Shown here one piece after another: positions 37,215 through 50,514 of a DNA stretch of 64,000 nucleotides (positions within the stretch are counted from its first letter, which is position 1; every line of letters begins with the position of its first letter). Below the pieces are notes generated by a model. That model saw only the letters and a list, made by a program, of their open reading frames with translations. It searched no databases and was not told the DNA's origin. Source of the DNA: Hemiscyllium ocellatum. Taxonomy: Eukaryota. Made by a program: the position numbers and the translations under genes. Location: positions 21,204,001 through 21,268,000 of the forward strand of contig NC_083422.1 of NCBI RefSeq assembly GCF_020745735.1, in the 5' to 3' direction.

Positions 37215-37545
37215 TATTCATTCACAGCATGAGGGCATTGCTGGTTAGGCCTGTATTTATTGCCCATCCCTAAGAGCAGTTAAGAGTCAACCTTATTGCT
37301 GTGGGTCTGGAGTCACATGTAGGCCAGACCAGGTAAGGATGGCAGTTTCCTTCTCTAAAAAACATTAGTGAACCAAGTGTGTTTTCCTGGCAATTGACAA
37401 TGATTCATGGTCATCATTTGATTCTTAATTCCAGATTTTTATTGACTTCAAATTCCACCATCTGCCATGGCAGGATTTAAACCTGAGTCCCCAGAATATT
37501 ACGTGGAAACCTAGATTAACAGTGCAGCAATAATACCACTAGGTC
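37215..37545 (-). mobile_element. tRNA-derived SINE, second family
   Basis: Reverse complement of the 7455-7750 family. Confidence 0.72.
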
Positions 37546-38819
37546 ATTGTCTCCCCTTTGGTTAGCTGACATGGGGTTCCCAACTCACTTATACCCACAA
37601 AAAACTAGAAGAATAGGAGATAGTGTTGTATTCCAACGTAGAGACACTTTTATGGAATTTAACTCTCAGCATATTCTTGCCTTAAAAATTTCTGCCATCC
37701 TCACTTTCTGAAGTATCATTTAGGACTATCTGGCTAGGATTAAACATTGGACTATCTGCTTGTTATGCTAAGGAGTATTGGAGAGCAGTATTTAATGGCG
37801 GTGAGAGAGTTCTTGCCTGCCAGTTTAGAGTATACTCCATCACTTGCATTTGGGGAAGGGACACCAATCAGGAAATCTTGCCTTCTGAGAGCTGCCAGCC
37901 AAGAGAGTTGGAAGCTCTGCAATGGTCAACAGCATCACAGGGAGAGCAGTGGCTGCTATTGGTAATAAACTCACTCAAGACCCAGGGTAGTTGAGGAACC
38001 CTGGCTACAGATGAGTGATGGAGGCCAGGAGGTAAGGCAGGGAAGGAGTCACAGATGTGGGAGAGGTGGAAGTAGGCTTAAGAGCTAAGGAGGAGTAACC
38101 TTCAACAGACTCTGTTTCCTATGGCGAATCCCTCAAACACACACTTGAGGGCCTCTGATGGAGAGACACCCTCCACCATCTCTGAAAAGCACATGTTAAA
38201 TCTTGAAAGGATTTGCTTTCCAGGCGTCTGGCATGGTGAGTCTCTTATTCACTCCTGGAGGAGCACCAGTGGTAGCTGATGTGGCCCTTAAATGAGCATT
38301 AATTACCATAAATGAGTCCTTTGCCCAGATTTATTTAGGATAAGGTCAGGAAGACCACAGGGTTCCTATTCACTGCATCTCCCCCCACTCAGGGGAAGGT
38401 TTCAAATTCTGTAAAATGGGCAAGGAAGAGAGAAGAAAAAAGACAAATGCAGGCTGATTAGCATAATTTAATGTCTTCTCCATTTGCATGATTGTATTCT
38501 TTGGATTAATTAGCTACGAAGTACCAATTTTTGATTTTTATAGTTCTATTGATATTTTTTCTTTTAAGTCGACAAAGGTTGAACAGAAAATAAAACTGGT
38601 GCAATCGAAAGCAAGATGAGGCAACAGTTAAACCATTTTCAACTATTTGCTGTTTCCCAAAGTGTCAAATTTCTGTAACATTGAATCACTATTATTACAC
38701 TTTTGTGTGTGTGTGTAAAACCGTAAAATTGTTATCTGCTGGATGAGAAATGAGAACTGGAGGATTTGTCGAGAAGCTAAGATATAGGCTGAGGAGGAAT
38801 TCATACTGTGCACATGATT

Positions 38820-39900
38820 AAATATTGGCCTTAGAAAGCAGTCCTATTCTTGTGCATTTTGAAGCAATTATTTCTGAAAGCTGCATTGGAGACCTTGATA
38901 GAGCAGAGTAGAAAAGATCAGAAAGGCCTTCTGTCCAACAGAGGGCTGGGGGCATTCCAGGTCGATCCTCAGAAGGCAGCCTGGGCCAGGTGGACATCAG
39001 TGTCTAAAGGGTCAACAATCTGTTTGCAGTGCAGCAAGACACTCTGACTGCACACTCATGGCCTATCTTCAACAGCTAACAATGGAGCATCTAGATCCAG
39101 AGACTGTTTGGATCATCATATCACTATCTATCAACTACCAACAATTTCTACCAAGCAGGACTCATACTAAATGTTCAAATGCTTCCCTCACTGCTACCAG
39201 TTTGCATACACTGCCAGCTCTTCTTCATGGCAGCTACCTGCTCAGATAATGAGGATAGGTTTGAAGTACAATTTGCATGAATGACAAGAGAGGCAATTTA
39301 CTGGAGGGTGCAAAATCCATATGAATTCCCTACAAAGGATTTAGCTAAGGACTTTGGGGCAGCCTACAATTTACTAATGATTGTAACGCACATCTCAATG
39401 ATTTCAGAAATCTATCAGCAAGCCTGTGGTCAGTGTGAGAAGTATGGATACTTGCAGTGCTAATTGGGCAAAGGGCTTTGCACAGGGCTTAAAGCCCATT
39501 CTTCACAGCAATACTGGTTACCTAACCATGATCCCAATCATGCTTCATTTGCAGCAAAATTAGTGGCCACACAATATCTGCAGGTGCTAGCTCAGACTGA
39601 AGCCATGCAAAGTTCACTGGTTGTGATAATAATCTGCACTGCTAGCAGTGTTTCTGTTGATTGCTTGTGTAGAAGATCTGCAGGGTATCACAACATCCTG
39701 TCCTCCAATGAATAATTGACATTACTGAGGTGGTTCCTGGGCAAGTGGAAGTAGACTATGGCTTCTCTAGTGTCCTCTCTCAAGAAGAAGTCATTCATCC
39801 TCCCATCCCTTGCATTCCACCAGAGCAGTTCTTCATGGACTGCCCATCCTAAAAGAGACTGTTGAGGTTGTCTCTTTCTGCTCTTCCTCAAGCTTCTGCT
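38820..39900. mobile_element. PIF/Harbinger DNA transposon remnant: Myb/SANT-like ORF (+, ~38850-39050) convergent with HARBI1-like transposase (-, ~39050-39900)
   Basis: The + strand gives AALETLIEQ...AAWARW...QCSK (Myb/SANT-like). The - strand gives ETLLAVQIIITTSELCMAS and SFVGNSYGFCTLQ, resembling HARBI1 ALPVAVKV..ALNFFASGS and F.NRKGFHSLN. Very decayed. Confidence 0.55.
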
Positions 39901-39904
39901 CCTT

Positions 39905-40615
39905 AGCAGTTGAAAATGTGTTGCTGGTTAAAGCACAGCAGGTCAGGCAGCATCCAAGGAACAGGAAATTTGATGTTTCGGGCCAGAGCCCTTCATGAGG
40001 AATGAGGACAGGGTGCCAGGCAGGCTAAGATAAAAGGTAGGGAGGAGGGACTTGGGGGAGGGGCGATGGAGATGTGATAGGTGGAAGGAGGTCAAGGTGA
40101 GGGTGATAGGCCGGAGTGGGGTGGGGGCGGAGAGGTTAGGAAGAAGATTGCAGGTTAGGAAGGCGGTGCTGAGTTGAGGGAACCGACTGAGACAAGGTGG
40201 GGGGAGGGGAAATGAGGAAACTGGAGAAATCTGAGTTCATCCTTAGTGGTTGGAGGGTTCCCAGGCGGAAGATGAGGCGCTCTTTCTCCAACCGTCGTGT
40301 TGTTATGTTTTGCCGGTGGAGGAGTCCAAGGACCTGCATGTCCTTGGTGGAGTTGGAGGGAGAGTTAAAGTGTTGAGCCACGGGGTGGTTGGGTTGGTTG
40401 GTCCGGCTTCCCTGAGGTGTTCTCTGAAGCGTTCCGCAAGTAAGCGGCCCGTCTCCCCAATGTAGAGGAGGCCACATCGGGTGCAGCGGATGCAATAGAT
40501 GATGTGTGTGGAGGTACAGGTGAACTTGTGGCGGATATGGAAGGATCCCTTGGGGCCTTGGAGGGAAGTGAGGGAGGAGGTGTGGGCGCAGGTTTTACAT
40601 TTCCTGCGGTTGCAG
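39905..40615 (-). mobile_element. Penelope-like element 3' fragment (GIY-YIG + terminal repeat)
   Basis: HPVAQHFNSP...RLEKERLIFRLGTLQP is present. A mutated hammerhead core lies at 39972-39999. Confidence 0.9.
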
Positions 40616-41672
40616 CTGACTCTATAGCTAGTGGTGTGAGTGTGTGCTGCTGATGATGTTTGTTAACTTGCAGTAGACAACACAAATGGAAGGAAAGTAA
40701 TTGGACATTTTAAGGTACAGGTAGGTAGACTTTTGTTTTTGTTAGGTAGTGGATCAAAGATTATTGTGAATTGTTAGGAATGTGGAATTCCAAACACAAA
40801 CAGATCAAGCATGATCTTATTGAATGACAGGTCCACATGGTCTACTTTTGCTCCTAATTCAGATATGGAACATTAATGTACCAGGTGTGCTCATGTAATA
40901 GTCAATCTCATGTATAATTCAACCCAATTTTTTGCCAAAAGTTTCTTAAATTTTCAGGTAGCTCATGTCTCGATCAGCCCCCGACATATGGTCAAAAATC
41001 TGGTGCAAAAGGTGGCTGTTCAGCTTCTCATGTCTGCAGAGAACAATAAAGATACTTTCAGGTTCCATTTTGCTGTTTTTGTTTTGATGGGGTTCAAATA
41101 TGGTAGGAACAGTCTCCAACTTGGCAACTCTGCAACTAGCTTCAGTACTGCCGTAAGAAGTTAGCTACTGAGACAATGGCAACACATAGATTTCACCCAC
41201 AACATTTTGGCTAAAAATTTGATCGCTCAAACACAACTTTTACATGAGTGTACACATAGATCAGCAGACTAACAGGCGAGGCATTCATGCCCAAGAAGGA
41301 AAATGGTAAGAACATAAGAATAACTAGGAGCAGGAGTGGCCAATTCAACCACTCAAGCTTGTTCCACCATTTAATATGATTATGGCTGATCTGTACTCCT
41401 AATATTTTGAAGCATTACACTAACAATTGAGTCTACCTGCCATCTCCTGCCTAAGGAAGGTGGTGTGAGTATAGTGGCAATGCCACTGGACCAGCAATCT
41501 AGAAATCCAGATTAACATTCTGGGACGTGGGCTCAGATCATGACAGATGGTGAAGTTTGAGTCAATTAAACAAAAAGCTGATGCTTAAAAAAACAAAATT
41601 AGTCTACTGCGATCATTTAACCATTGTTGGTTGTTGCAAAAGACCATTTGGTTGACTAATGCCCTATAGAAC

Positions 41673-42211
41673 CCTGTACAGGACTTTGGTTAGGCCACAT
41701 TTGGAGTACTGTGTGCAGTTCTGGTCGCCTCACTTTAGGAAAGATGTGGAAGCTTTGGAGAGGGTGCAGAGAAGATTTACCAGGATGTTGCCTGGAATGG
41801 AGAGTAGGTCATACGAGGATAGGTTGAGAGTTCTTGGCCTTTTCTCATTGGAACGGCAAAGGATGAGGGGTGACTTGATAGAGGTTTATAAGATGATCAG
41901 AGGAATAGATAGAGTAGACAGTCAGAAACTTTTTCCCCGGGTACAACAGAGTATTACAAGGGGACATAAATTTAAGGTGAAGGGTGGAAGGTATAGGGGA
42001 GATGTCAGGGGTGGGTTCTTTACCCAGAGAGTGGTGGGGGCATGGAATGCGCTGCCCGTGGGAGTGGTAGAGTCAGAATCATTGGCGACCTTTAAGCGGC
42101 AATTGGATAGGTACATGGATGGGTGCTTAATCTAGGATAGATGTTCGGCACAACATCGTGGGCCGAAGGGCCTGTTCTGTGCTGTATTGTTCTATCTATG
42201 TTCTATGTTCC
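41673..42211 (+). mobile_element. Young CR1 3' fragment inserted into a second-family SINE
   Basis: The ORF ...LVRPHLEYCVQFWSP... is open to its natural stop, followed by a (TTCTATG)n tail. ATAGAAC is repeated at 41666-41672 and 42212-42218. Confidence 0.9.
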
Positions 42212-45200
42212 ATAGAACAGCAAATCTACCATCATCACCTGTTACTTGGTCACCCCACGTGAGACTTCAGATGCACAACGTATGTGGTTAACTCTTAACT
42301 GTCCTCTGGGGTTGCCCAGCAAACCATTCAGTTCAAAGACAATTAGGGAGAGGCAATAAACGTTGGCCCAGTCAGCGAAAGTTGTGAATGTTAACAAACA
42401 GTGCTGCAGTGCTGTTGTTGAGGTAGAATACATTGATGTATCAAACAGAGCAACCTTCCTCTCTACTTCATGTTTTATAGAATCTCTGCTTTTCTCGAAT
42501 TAAACATGTGAGTTAGAAGCAATCCCCCCTCACTGCAATCAGTGGTCCATATGCTCCATTCCTACATCTGTTTTGCCATCCATTGGGATTGAACAGCTTT
42601 TTTTCTGATATGAGGTTCTCAGAAATGCAGGGAATGTGTTTTAACTCCCGTGTGTGGCCACTTTTAAATGGTTCAATTGCTTTAAATCCAATTTGCAGTT
42701 CTTGAAGAGTTGATGGTGCGCTGAACTGTCTACAGCTCATTGAACACGCTCAGTGTCAAAAACAATTGAGGCCAAAACCTCAATGTGCCTCAGCACTAAG
42801 AAATGAAAACATGCCCATAAACTCTTAAAATATTAAGAAATTTAAAAGAAATATGGGTTGCCAGGGACTGAGGGTTACATTCTCTGAATAGAAAAGTAGA
42901 TTTCTTCTGCTGTCTAAACAAGTGTCTGGTGGGGAATCATTGAATCCAGTACATGGGTTAGAATTAACATGTTGGAGGCTGATAAAGACACAGAAGTGGG
43001 CATGGTTTTAAAATTTAGTGTGGTGTTCCAAATTGATTTTGGGGGCATGGGTTTTGTAAACCATATCGAAACACTTAAAAGTTTTCATCCTGGGAGATAT
43101 TTATCATACAAAAGCACTTTATTCAGTTCTATGAGCTGAGAGAGAACACAGAGAGACTGTGAAATGTTGTAAAACCCGGAGCATAAATCGCATTGTTGCG
43201 CTTGTTCTGGAATACGAGCATGACTTGCATACGTTGTCACATTTCACAGTAAATGTTATTAGGGTGGATTGTATGATTTAGGGTGGATTGTATGATCCTA
43301 CCTCTGGACCCCTTACCTGATTGCCAGTATAATTGAAGGTTGGGGTGTATGTGAAACTAAACGGACAGTGTCTCTTACTTCCCTGTCCATCCTTGACCTG
43401 TCTCCCACATAAAAATGGACAGGCAAGGAACCAGGCAGCCAGTCCACCCTCAGGCCTATTGAAGCCGTCATGCAGCTAATTAACACTATCCACTAGCCTA
43501 ATTCCATCTCCAACGCAATTTTTGTGGCTGTGGCTGGACTAATTGGAGTTGAGGGAATGGGAGTGGGTGGCAGCAAGGTAAGTTGCCTGGCAACTTTTGC
43601 AGTATAGGCTGCTTTTGGACTGATGGGTGGGTGTACCTCATTTATGGGATCCCCTGTGCCGATTTAGCAGCACCCCCACACCCCTTCCTCTCCCCTCTCC
43701 ACAAGATAGTATCCCCTCATTTATTCCTACCCCAAGTTTCTAAACCCTTTCGACCGCAGCCCCAATTTGCTTGCCAGATCTGACTTGCTGATTTTGTTTT
43801 ACTTTGAGGTTTCCAAAACTTTGAGGTTTTGTTTTCAATGCAAGACCGATTTTGAAGCTTGTTTCAAAGCTTTAGGTATGAACACAGAGAGGTACATTTT
43901 TACTTTGGGATATCATTTAGAATCTCAGAGACTGGCATTGTGGGTCAACCCACAGCTAGTGGAAGGCAGCTCACTACCACCTTCTCAAGGGCAAATAGGG
44001 ATGGGCTGTCAATGCTGGTCAGCCAGCAATGCCCAAGTCCCACAAATGAATAAAAGAAAAATAACTCATGGATTGACTTACTTTTTGAAAAAATCCTTTG
44101 TGTTAAAGCATTGCCTATCCTTAAGACCAGGAATCTGGTTCAGCTTCCAGGATTTTCTGGGCCCTGTCAAAAATATCAACTAAACTTTTGCTTTGTTGTT
44201 GTTAATATACTTAAAGTCGCACTCAGCGATTTCCCCAAGCTTGATTGATATGTAAAGGTGCTTCTTTCATGATTTATTGATGATGTATATGTTGAGGAAC
44301 TGCAGGGGTTTGAGAGAATAATTCACAAAATGAGAGGCAAGGAATCTCTGTCTGGTTATACTAAATCTGAAAAATTAATGTAAGGTGTAAGTCAATTGTG
44401 ATTTTTGAGATGTTGAACCAAGGAGTAATTTACTGAGTATGCACTGGTGGCTGTCAGTACACCAAAAGATTACAGGTACCCAGTGTACTATCGCCCATAC
44501 TTTAATTTAGAAATTTTTACATTGGTTTGTTATCATTTTCACAGTAATTTCCTAAGTATTTGTCAAATAACTTCCTTTCCTCAACAGCCCAGAAGTTGTT
44601 AACTGTCTAATCTCTAGCAAGCCATTCTGATATGTATTTGAGTTACTGCTGGTCCAGGGGGAGCATGTGAAATCATTGTAGTCTTCAGACCGCCTTACCT
44701 GTGTTTTGACTCCAGTTCCCAGACTTTGAATTTCAATTCTAATGTTTAAAAGATGCACCCTCAGAATTTCAGGCCAACACTTTCAACCATTATTTCATTT
44801 TAACGTCAATTTCTCCTTAGGGATATTACAAGACGGCAGTATAGGACTAATTCATTCGCTGACATTTTTTGTTATTAAATCATAGAAGTCTCCTGATGGC
44901 AGGGGGTCCAAACAGTCTTGAAACTCTGCTTGAAGTTTGCTTTTTTCTCTTATTTGAAGTCTTCATTGAACTCTAGTCATTTCATGTCCGTATGTTTGTA
45001 CGAATTTTCTGTAGTTTTCCCTTGCTGTACCAAATAATGAAAGTGAACTTGCAGTCTAAATATTCAAAATGTTTCCCTGTGCAAGAATTAAGCAACTGAA
45101 ACCGAATCACACTTTGGGTTTAGATTAAGGAAGGAAATTACAGTATATTTAATCAGGAATTGTAGGTGATTGACATTACGCTTTTTAGAAAAGCCTTGTG

Positions 45201-46586
45201 ATATGCAGATTGTTTTGCACAAAGTTTACTATTTGGAACTCATTACAGCAAGTTGACAATAAAATGTGAGATGAAAGTGCTGTTTCTTAGGGAATGCAGC
45301 ACATGCAAGGTTACAATATAGCAGATTAGTGACATTGATAAAGGATTCATTTACCACAATGCAAAGGGTAGAAAAAATGCTAATGCGTTTACTGGCAAAA
45401 CATCAACTAGCACTTTTTACTCTTATTATAGTTATTGATGATGAATGGCAATTTGACAAATAGGAGGCACACAAAAAGCCATGGATCATATTTTGCAGCT
45501 GCTTTTTAGCTAAGCAAAGATAATGATAATGTTACAAGCCATAAATGTAATTATTCTGAGCTCTAAAAAAACAAGAAAAGATTATGATTTTGAGCTGGGG
45601 TGTGACATAACTGCAGGATTGCAATGACAAGAAGCAAGACCAATCTGTACTTGTTAAAATTGATTGACAGATAATGTGTTTCTATCCTTTTTGTTCCAGC
45701 TTAGAATAAATAGACTATCAAGGTGAGAAAGGAGGCAGGTTGTTCATTATCGACTCCTCCATTAAGCATGAAATAAAAATTCTTGCAGACTGCCATCATT
45801 AAATCTGTATCATCCCATTAGTATACTCTGACAAAGTGGCATCTTAATGAATTTTGAGTTACGTCAGTCTAGAGAATAAAATATTACACAGTAAACTGAA
45901 CTCGAGATACAAACAAGCTTTCAAAGCATCCTTTGCATCTTGATAATTTACTGAATATGGTGTTTTTGGTATTTCTATTAGTACAATGAATTCTGGGGTT
46001 TAACATTTTCACAAATTAGAAGGCTAATTGGAAGTGATGGAAAAACTATTTTATGATAAACAGGACCACATCAATTGTATGAGTCATTTAGATTCTGTTG
46101 ACTTTTGGAATAAAGTTTATGTTCTCCATTTACCTTGTAGTTTTCCATCGAAGTGCTAACCATTTTGGGAAGAGGTTGCAAAGTTCATTAGCTTATTAGT
46201 ATGCTGTGCCACATAATTCTGAAAAGCAATTTTGTTCTGCAATTCATCAGAAGGTAAATTCTGAATGTTAACAGTGCCATCTGGGATATGTCAAGTCAAG
46301 GCAAAAGTCCACCACTAGGAATAGAGAAAAATTAGAAGGTGAATTGCCTTGCACCTCTTTAATTAGTAAAGGCCTGGCAAGCTGCCCATCTATCATTGGC
46401 CACAGAGCAGTGTATACTGCATGAAAAGCAAAAGTGTGGAAAAATCATTTTCAAAATATATATGAATGTTTAAATTTTAAAATGTGTTTACAATAAGTAC
46501 ATGGACACTGAAGCTGATGCGATATATGAGAGTCAACAGATAATGAAGGATTTCTCTTACCTATGTTCAGAACCAAGGATGTCTGT

Positions 46587-46876
46587 TTAGATTAGATTAC
46601 TTACAGTGTGGAAACAGGCCCTACGGCCCAACAAGTCCACACCGACCCGCCGAAGCGCAACCCACCCATACCCCTACATATACCCCTTACCTAACGCTAC
46701 GGGCAATTTAGCATGGCCAATTCACCTGACCCGCACAGCTTTGGACTGTGGGAGGAAACCCACGCAGACACGGGGAGAATGTGCAAACTCCACACAGTCA
46801 GTCGCCTGAGTCAGGAATTGAACCCAGGTCTCTGGCGCTGTGAGGCAGCAGTGCTAACCACTGTGCCACCGTGCCG
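46587..46876 (-). mobile_element. HE1-like V-SINE (small internal deletion)
   Basis: Nearly identical to the copies at 4526 and 51043. Confidence 0.92.
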
Positions 46877-47574
46877 TTGATTTTTATTTTATAGCTGGAA
46901 AAGCAGAGATGGGCATTAAAGCCAACAGAAACTGGGAACTAAATTAATATATAAACCTTTTCTTATCTACACTACTTTCAGTTTTCTCTCTCCCCTTATT
47001 AAAGGATTAATTTAAAAAATGCAAATCATGATACTAATTGCTAACCTTTAATAATGAGCTCAGTGGAAGATACAACTGTTTCCTGCCATGGTTAAGGTGG
47101 GAAGGTGACTAGAAAGAGAGTAGAATGTAGAAAGCCAGCTAGAAGGCTAGAGATAGTTCTGAAATGGTACAGCTAACTCTATCTGGTGCTCAATACTTGC
47201 TCAACAAGGAAGTCGCAACATGGCTGGAGATGATGTAATGTCCAGGTACCAATCTAAGATTCAGAAAAGGATTTTGTTGTGATCTTTACAGTTACTAGTG
47301 TAGTGCTGCCAATCCTGGAGTTTTGGTCATTTGTCATTTAGTTAGCTGAAATGTACTGCAAAGGCCTGATAACTGTTAGCACACCAATACAACCTCCAAA
47401 GACTATAATTATAGATGAGTGATTTTACTATAAAGGTAACAAATTCAATTTTAAAGACCACAATGTGTATCCTGTTATTGCAAACCACAGAATCTGTTGA
47501 TAGTACTGGTTTTGCAAATTCATTACTGAAGAACAAATCTCCTGTCTTAAAGAATGTGTCATCCTTAACTCTAG

Positions 47575-48150
47575 TCATTGTCATAGAGTCATACAACATG
47601 GAAACAGACTGGTCCAACCAGTCCATGCTGACCATAATCCAAAAGAGACTAGTCCCACCTGCCTGAGCTTGGCCCATATCCCTCCAAACATTTCTTATTC
47701 ATGAACTTTTAAACAATGTAACTCGACCTGCACCCTCCACTTCCTCTGGAAGTTCAATTGGTCAAACATGAAGGAGAGAATTGGCAATGTGGGAAAATGA
47801 AAGTTGGTCACTATATAAGGAAAAGTACAAAAGCAGGATAATATTTAAACATGGAAGGACTGCAGAAATCAGTGATACAGAAGAATTTTGGTATCCTTGA
47901 AATGAATGAAAAAAAAGCAAGCACATAGTGCAGCAAATAATAGGTAAATGTCATGTTGGTCGTCATGCAAGAGGCAGTGGATTGTAGAAATAGGGAAGGA
48001 TTGCAGAAACTGTAGAGAGCATTTGTGAGACCACACTAAGAATATTGCATATGATTTTGGTCGCCTTTCTTAAGGAGAGTCTTTCTTTCATTGCAAGTGG
48101 TTCCAAAGAAGTTCTCTAGGCTGATTTGTGAGATAAAGGAATTGTCTTAC
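47575..48150. mobile_element. CR1 fragments in opposite orientations
   Basis: A minus-strand 3' UTR with ATGACTCT tail (~47575-47760) is followed by a decayed + RT remnant. Confidence 0.6.
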
Positions 48151-48229
48151 AAGAAAGGTTGACCAGCTTGGGACATACTAGCTGGAGTTTAAAAGAGCAA
48201 CAGTTGATCTTATTGAAATATAGAACGTG

Positions 48230-48545
48230 GCACAGTGACCCAACAGTTAGCACTGCTGCCTCACAGCACCAGGAACCCAGGTGCGAATCCAGCCACATTC
48301 TCCATGCATCTGCGCGGGTTTCCTCTGAATACACCAATTTCCTCCCACGGTCCAAAGATGTACTGGTTAGGTGGCTTAGTCATGCTAAATTGCTCATAAT
48401 GTCCAGGGATGTGCAGGCTAGTTGGATCAGCCCTAGGAATTGCTGGGTTATGGGGATAGTGTTGGGACCTGGGTGTGAGTGGGATGCTCTTTGGATGGTT
48501 GGTACAGACTCGATGGGCCGGATGGTCTCTTTCTGCCCTGCAGGA
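48230..48545 (+). mobile_element. Older HE1-like SINE
   Basis: GTTAGCACTGCTGCCTCACAGC head and a degenerate V-domain. Confidence 0.75.
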
Positions 48546-49140
48546 ATTTTATATCAGATCCTGAGGGGATTTGACAGGGTGGATGCTGGGAGTATGTAGA
48601 AGTAGGTGACATGGAGTTTTAAAAAAGGGTATTTTGTTCAGGTGAGGAGAATTTTTCTATTAGGATCATTAGTCTATCGAATAACATTCCCTCTTCCTAC
48701 ATTTTCCTCTGCACAGACATCTGAGGCCCATGCACAGCAGCAAAATCTGAAACCTGAAACCTATGCTGGGAGTGGCATTGACATGACAGCCCACAGACCC
48801 TCATAGAGGCCACACAGCTTACAGAATGCTGCTCCAAAGTTCTCTTCCTTAGATAGCCATGGAGGCTATAGCATTGAATGTATTCAGTATTGTAACATGA
48901 AACTACCAAGTGTTTAATCTTCCCACCCCAATAGGTATATGTTGGGCTGCTTTGCAGGATTTATGTTTTCCTGCTGCTGGAAGATGCCCTCTAATCTATC
49001 TACCGAGTCCAGTCACATGGGGATTTCTGGTAAAACAACACAATTATTCCTTTATCTTATAGCTAACATTAAACAGAAAACAAGCATTATTATATCATGA
49101 ATTAACAGGCACATTCTTCGCAAGTCTATATTCGTCATAG

Positions 49141-49344
<204 letters not shown>

Positions 49345-50514
49345 GCTTCCAAATATAAATTGTATCTTCATTATATGTTTTGGCAGAGGAAAAGGAAGTG
49401 TTCATGTAAAATTTTACTTTTATTTTAAAAGCACACTTACATAGAATTGCAATGTAAGTTTTCTTCACTGAGATTGGCAAGTATTATACAGATTTCCACG
49501 AGTAGTAAAATTACATTACATAAACTGTAAATGGAACTATTTTGGGAAAGGGATTTACTTAGTTCTTCAATGTTGTACTGTGAAACTGATTAAGACTTTG
49601 GAATATATGAACAGGTATTAATCAATTAATGCCTCCACCTTATTCTATCATTCATTCGGAACATGACTGATCACTGTAAGATTTATCCATCTGTGATTCA
49701 TTTTCCTTCTTATGCTTGCTAAATAATAAGCTATTGATCTCAGACTTGAAGATTTCAGTTAACCCAATTTTCATAGTCTTTTGGGGGAGCAGGTTCCACA
49801 TGTCCTTTTGGAAGTCTCAAATTACATTTTAATAATAATTTGTTGTTGTCTCCCATTATAACCAGTTCTCCTGAAATCGGTGTCTAAAGTCCAATATGTT
49901 TATTTTTCTCTGTTATATGCCAAATATTGTAAATGTGATGGAATTTACACAAAGTGCACTTTTATAGGTGACCACAGATCTATTACGAATGTTCCATATG
50001 TTTGTCTTTGAATTTGTTTTAAACCTCAGTATTATGGTACAGTATTTTATGAAAGAAATGATGTAGGACAAAATTTACAGTTTAAAAGCACTATTATTTT
50101 TGAATATGTGGCCACAACGTTTGGAAATTAAGTCAGCACTAGACAGATACATTGGATTTCTGCTCAAATACTAAAACTCTAACTGAAACAACAATCTAAA
50201 TGTATAACTTTCAAATAGTTGAAAAAGTATGAATTTTGGTGGAAAAGCTATAAGACTGACACAAAGCACGGAATCTTAAAAGGTCCTGAATGATATTGGT
50301 GAAATTTAGAAGAATTTCACAAGAAGTCCAGCAAGGCCATTCCCATGGTGGGGTGGGGTGGGGGGGAGAGGGGGGTGGTCAACAAGTTCCACTTTCTAAC
50401 AGCATTCTGAGCGTTGCAATAAGATTCTCAGAAGGGAGTGGAGAGGTGCCTATTAAGGTGGATTATCACTAATTCTCACCCATTAATATGCAGGTTCCCA
50501 TTCTATCTCTGTTG

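Noticed and set aside
38482-38489. Octamer ATTTGCAT as a lymphoid enhancer (also 39271 and 47019)
   Set aside because: A few hits are expected by chance in 64 kb of AT-rich DNA, one lies in a transposon, and there is no clustering with other supported motifs.
43259-43296. 19-bp tandem duplication TTAGGGTGGATTGTATGAT
   Set aside because: An ordinary slippage duplication. It begins with TTAGGG but is not a telomeric array.
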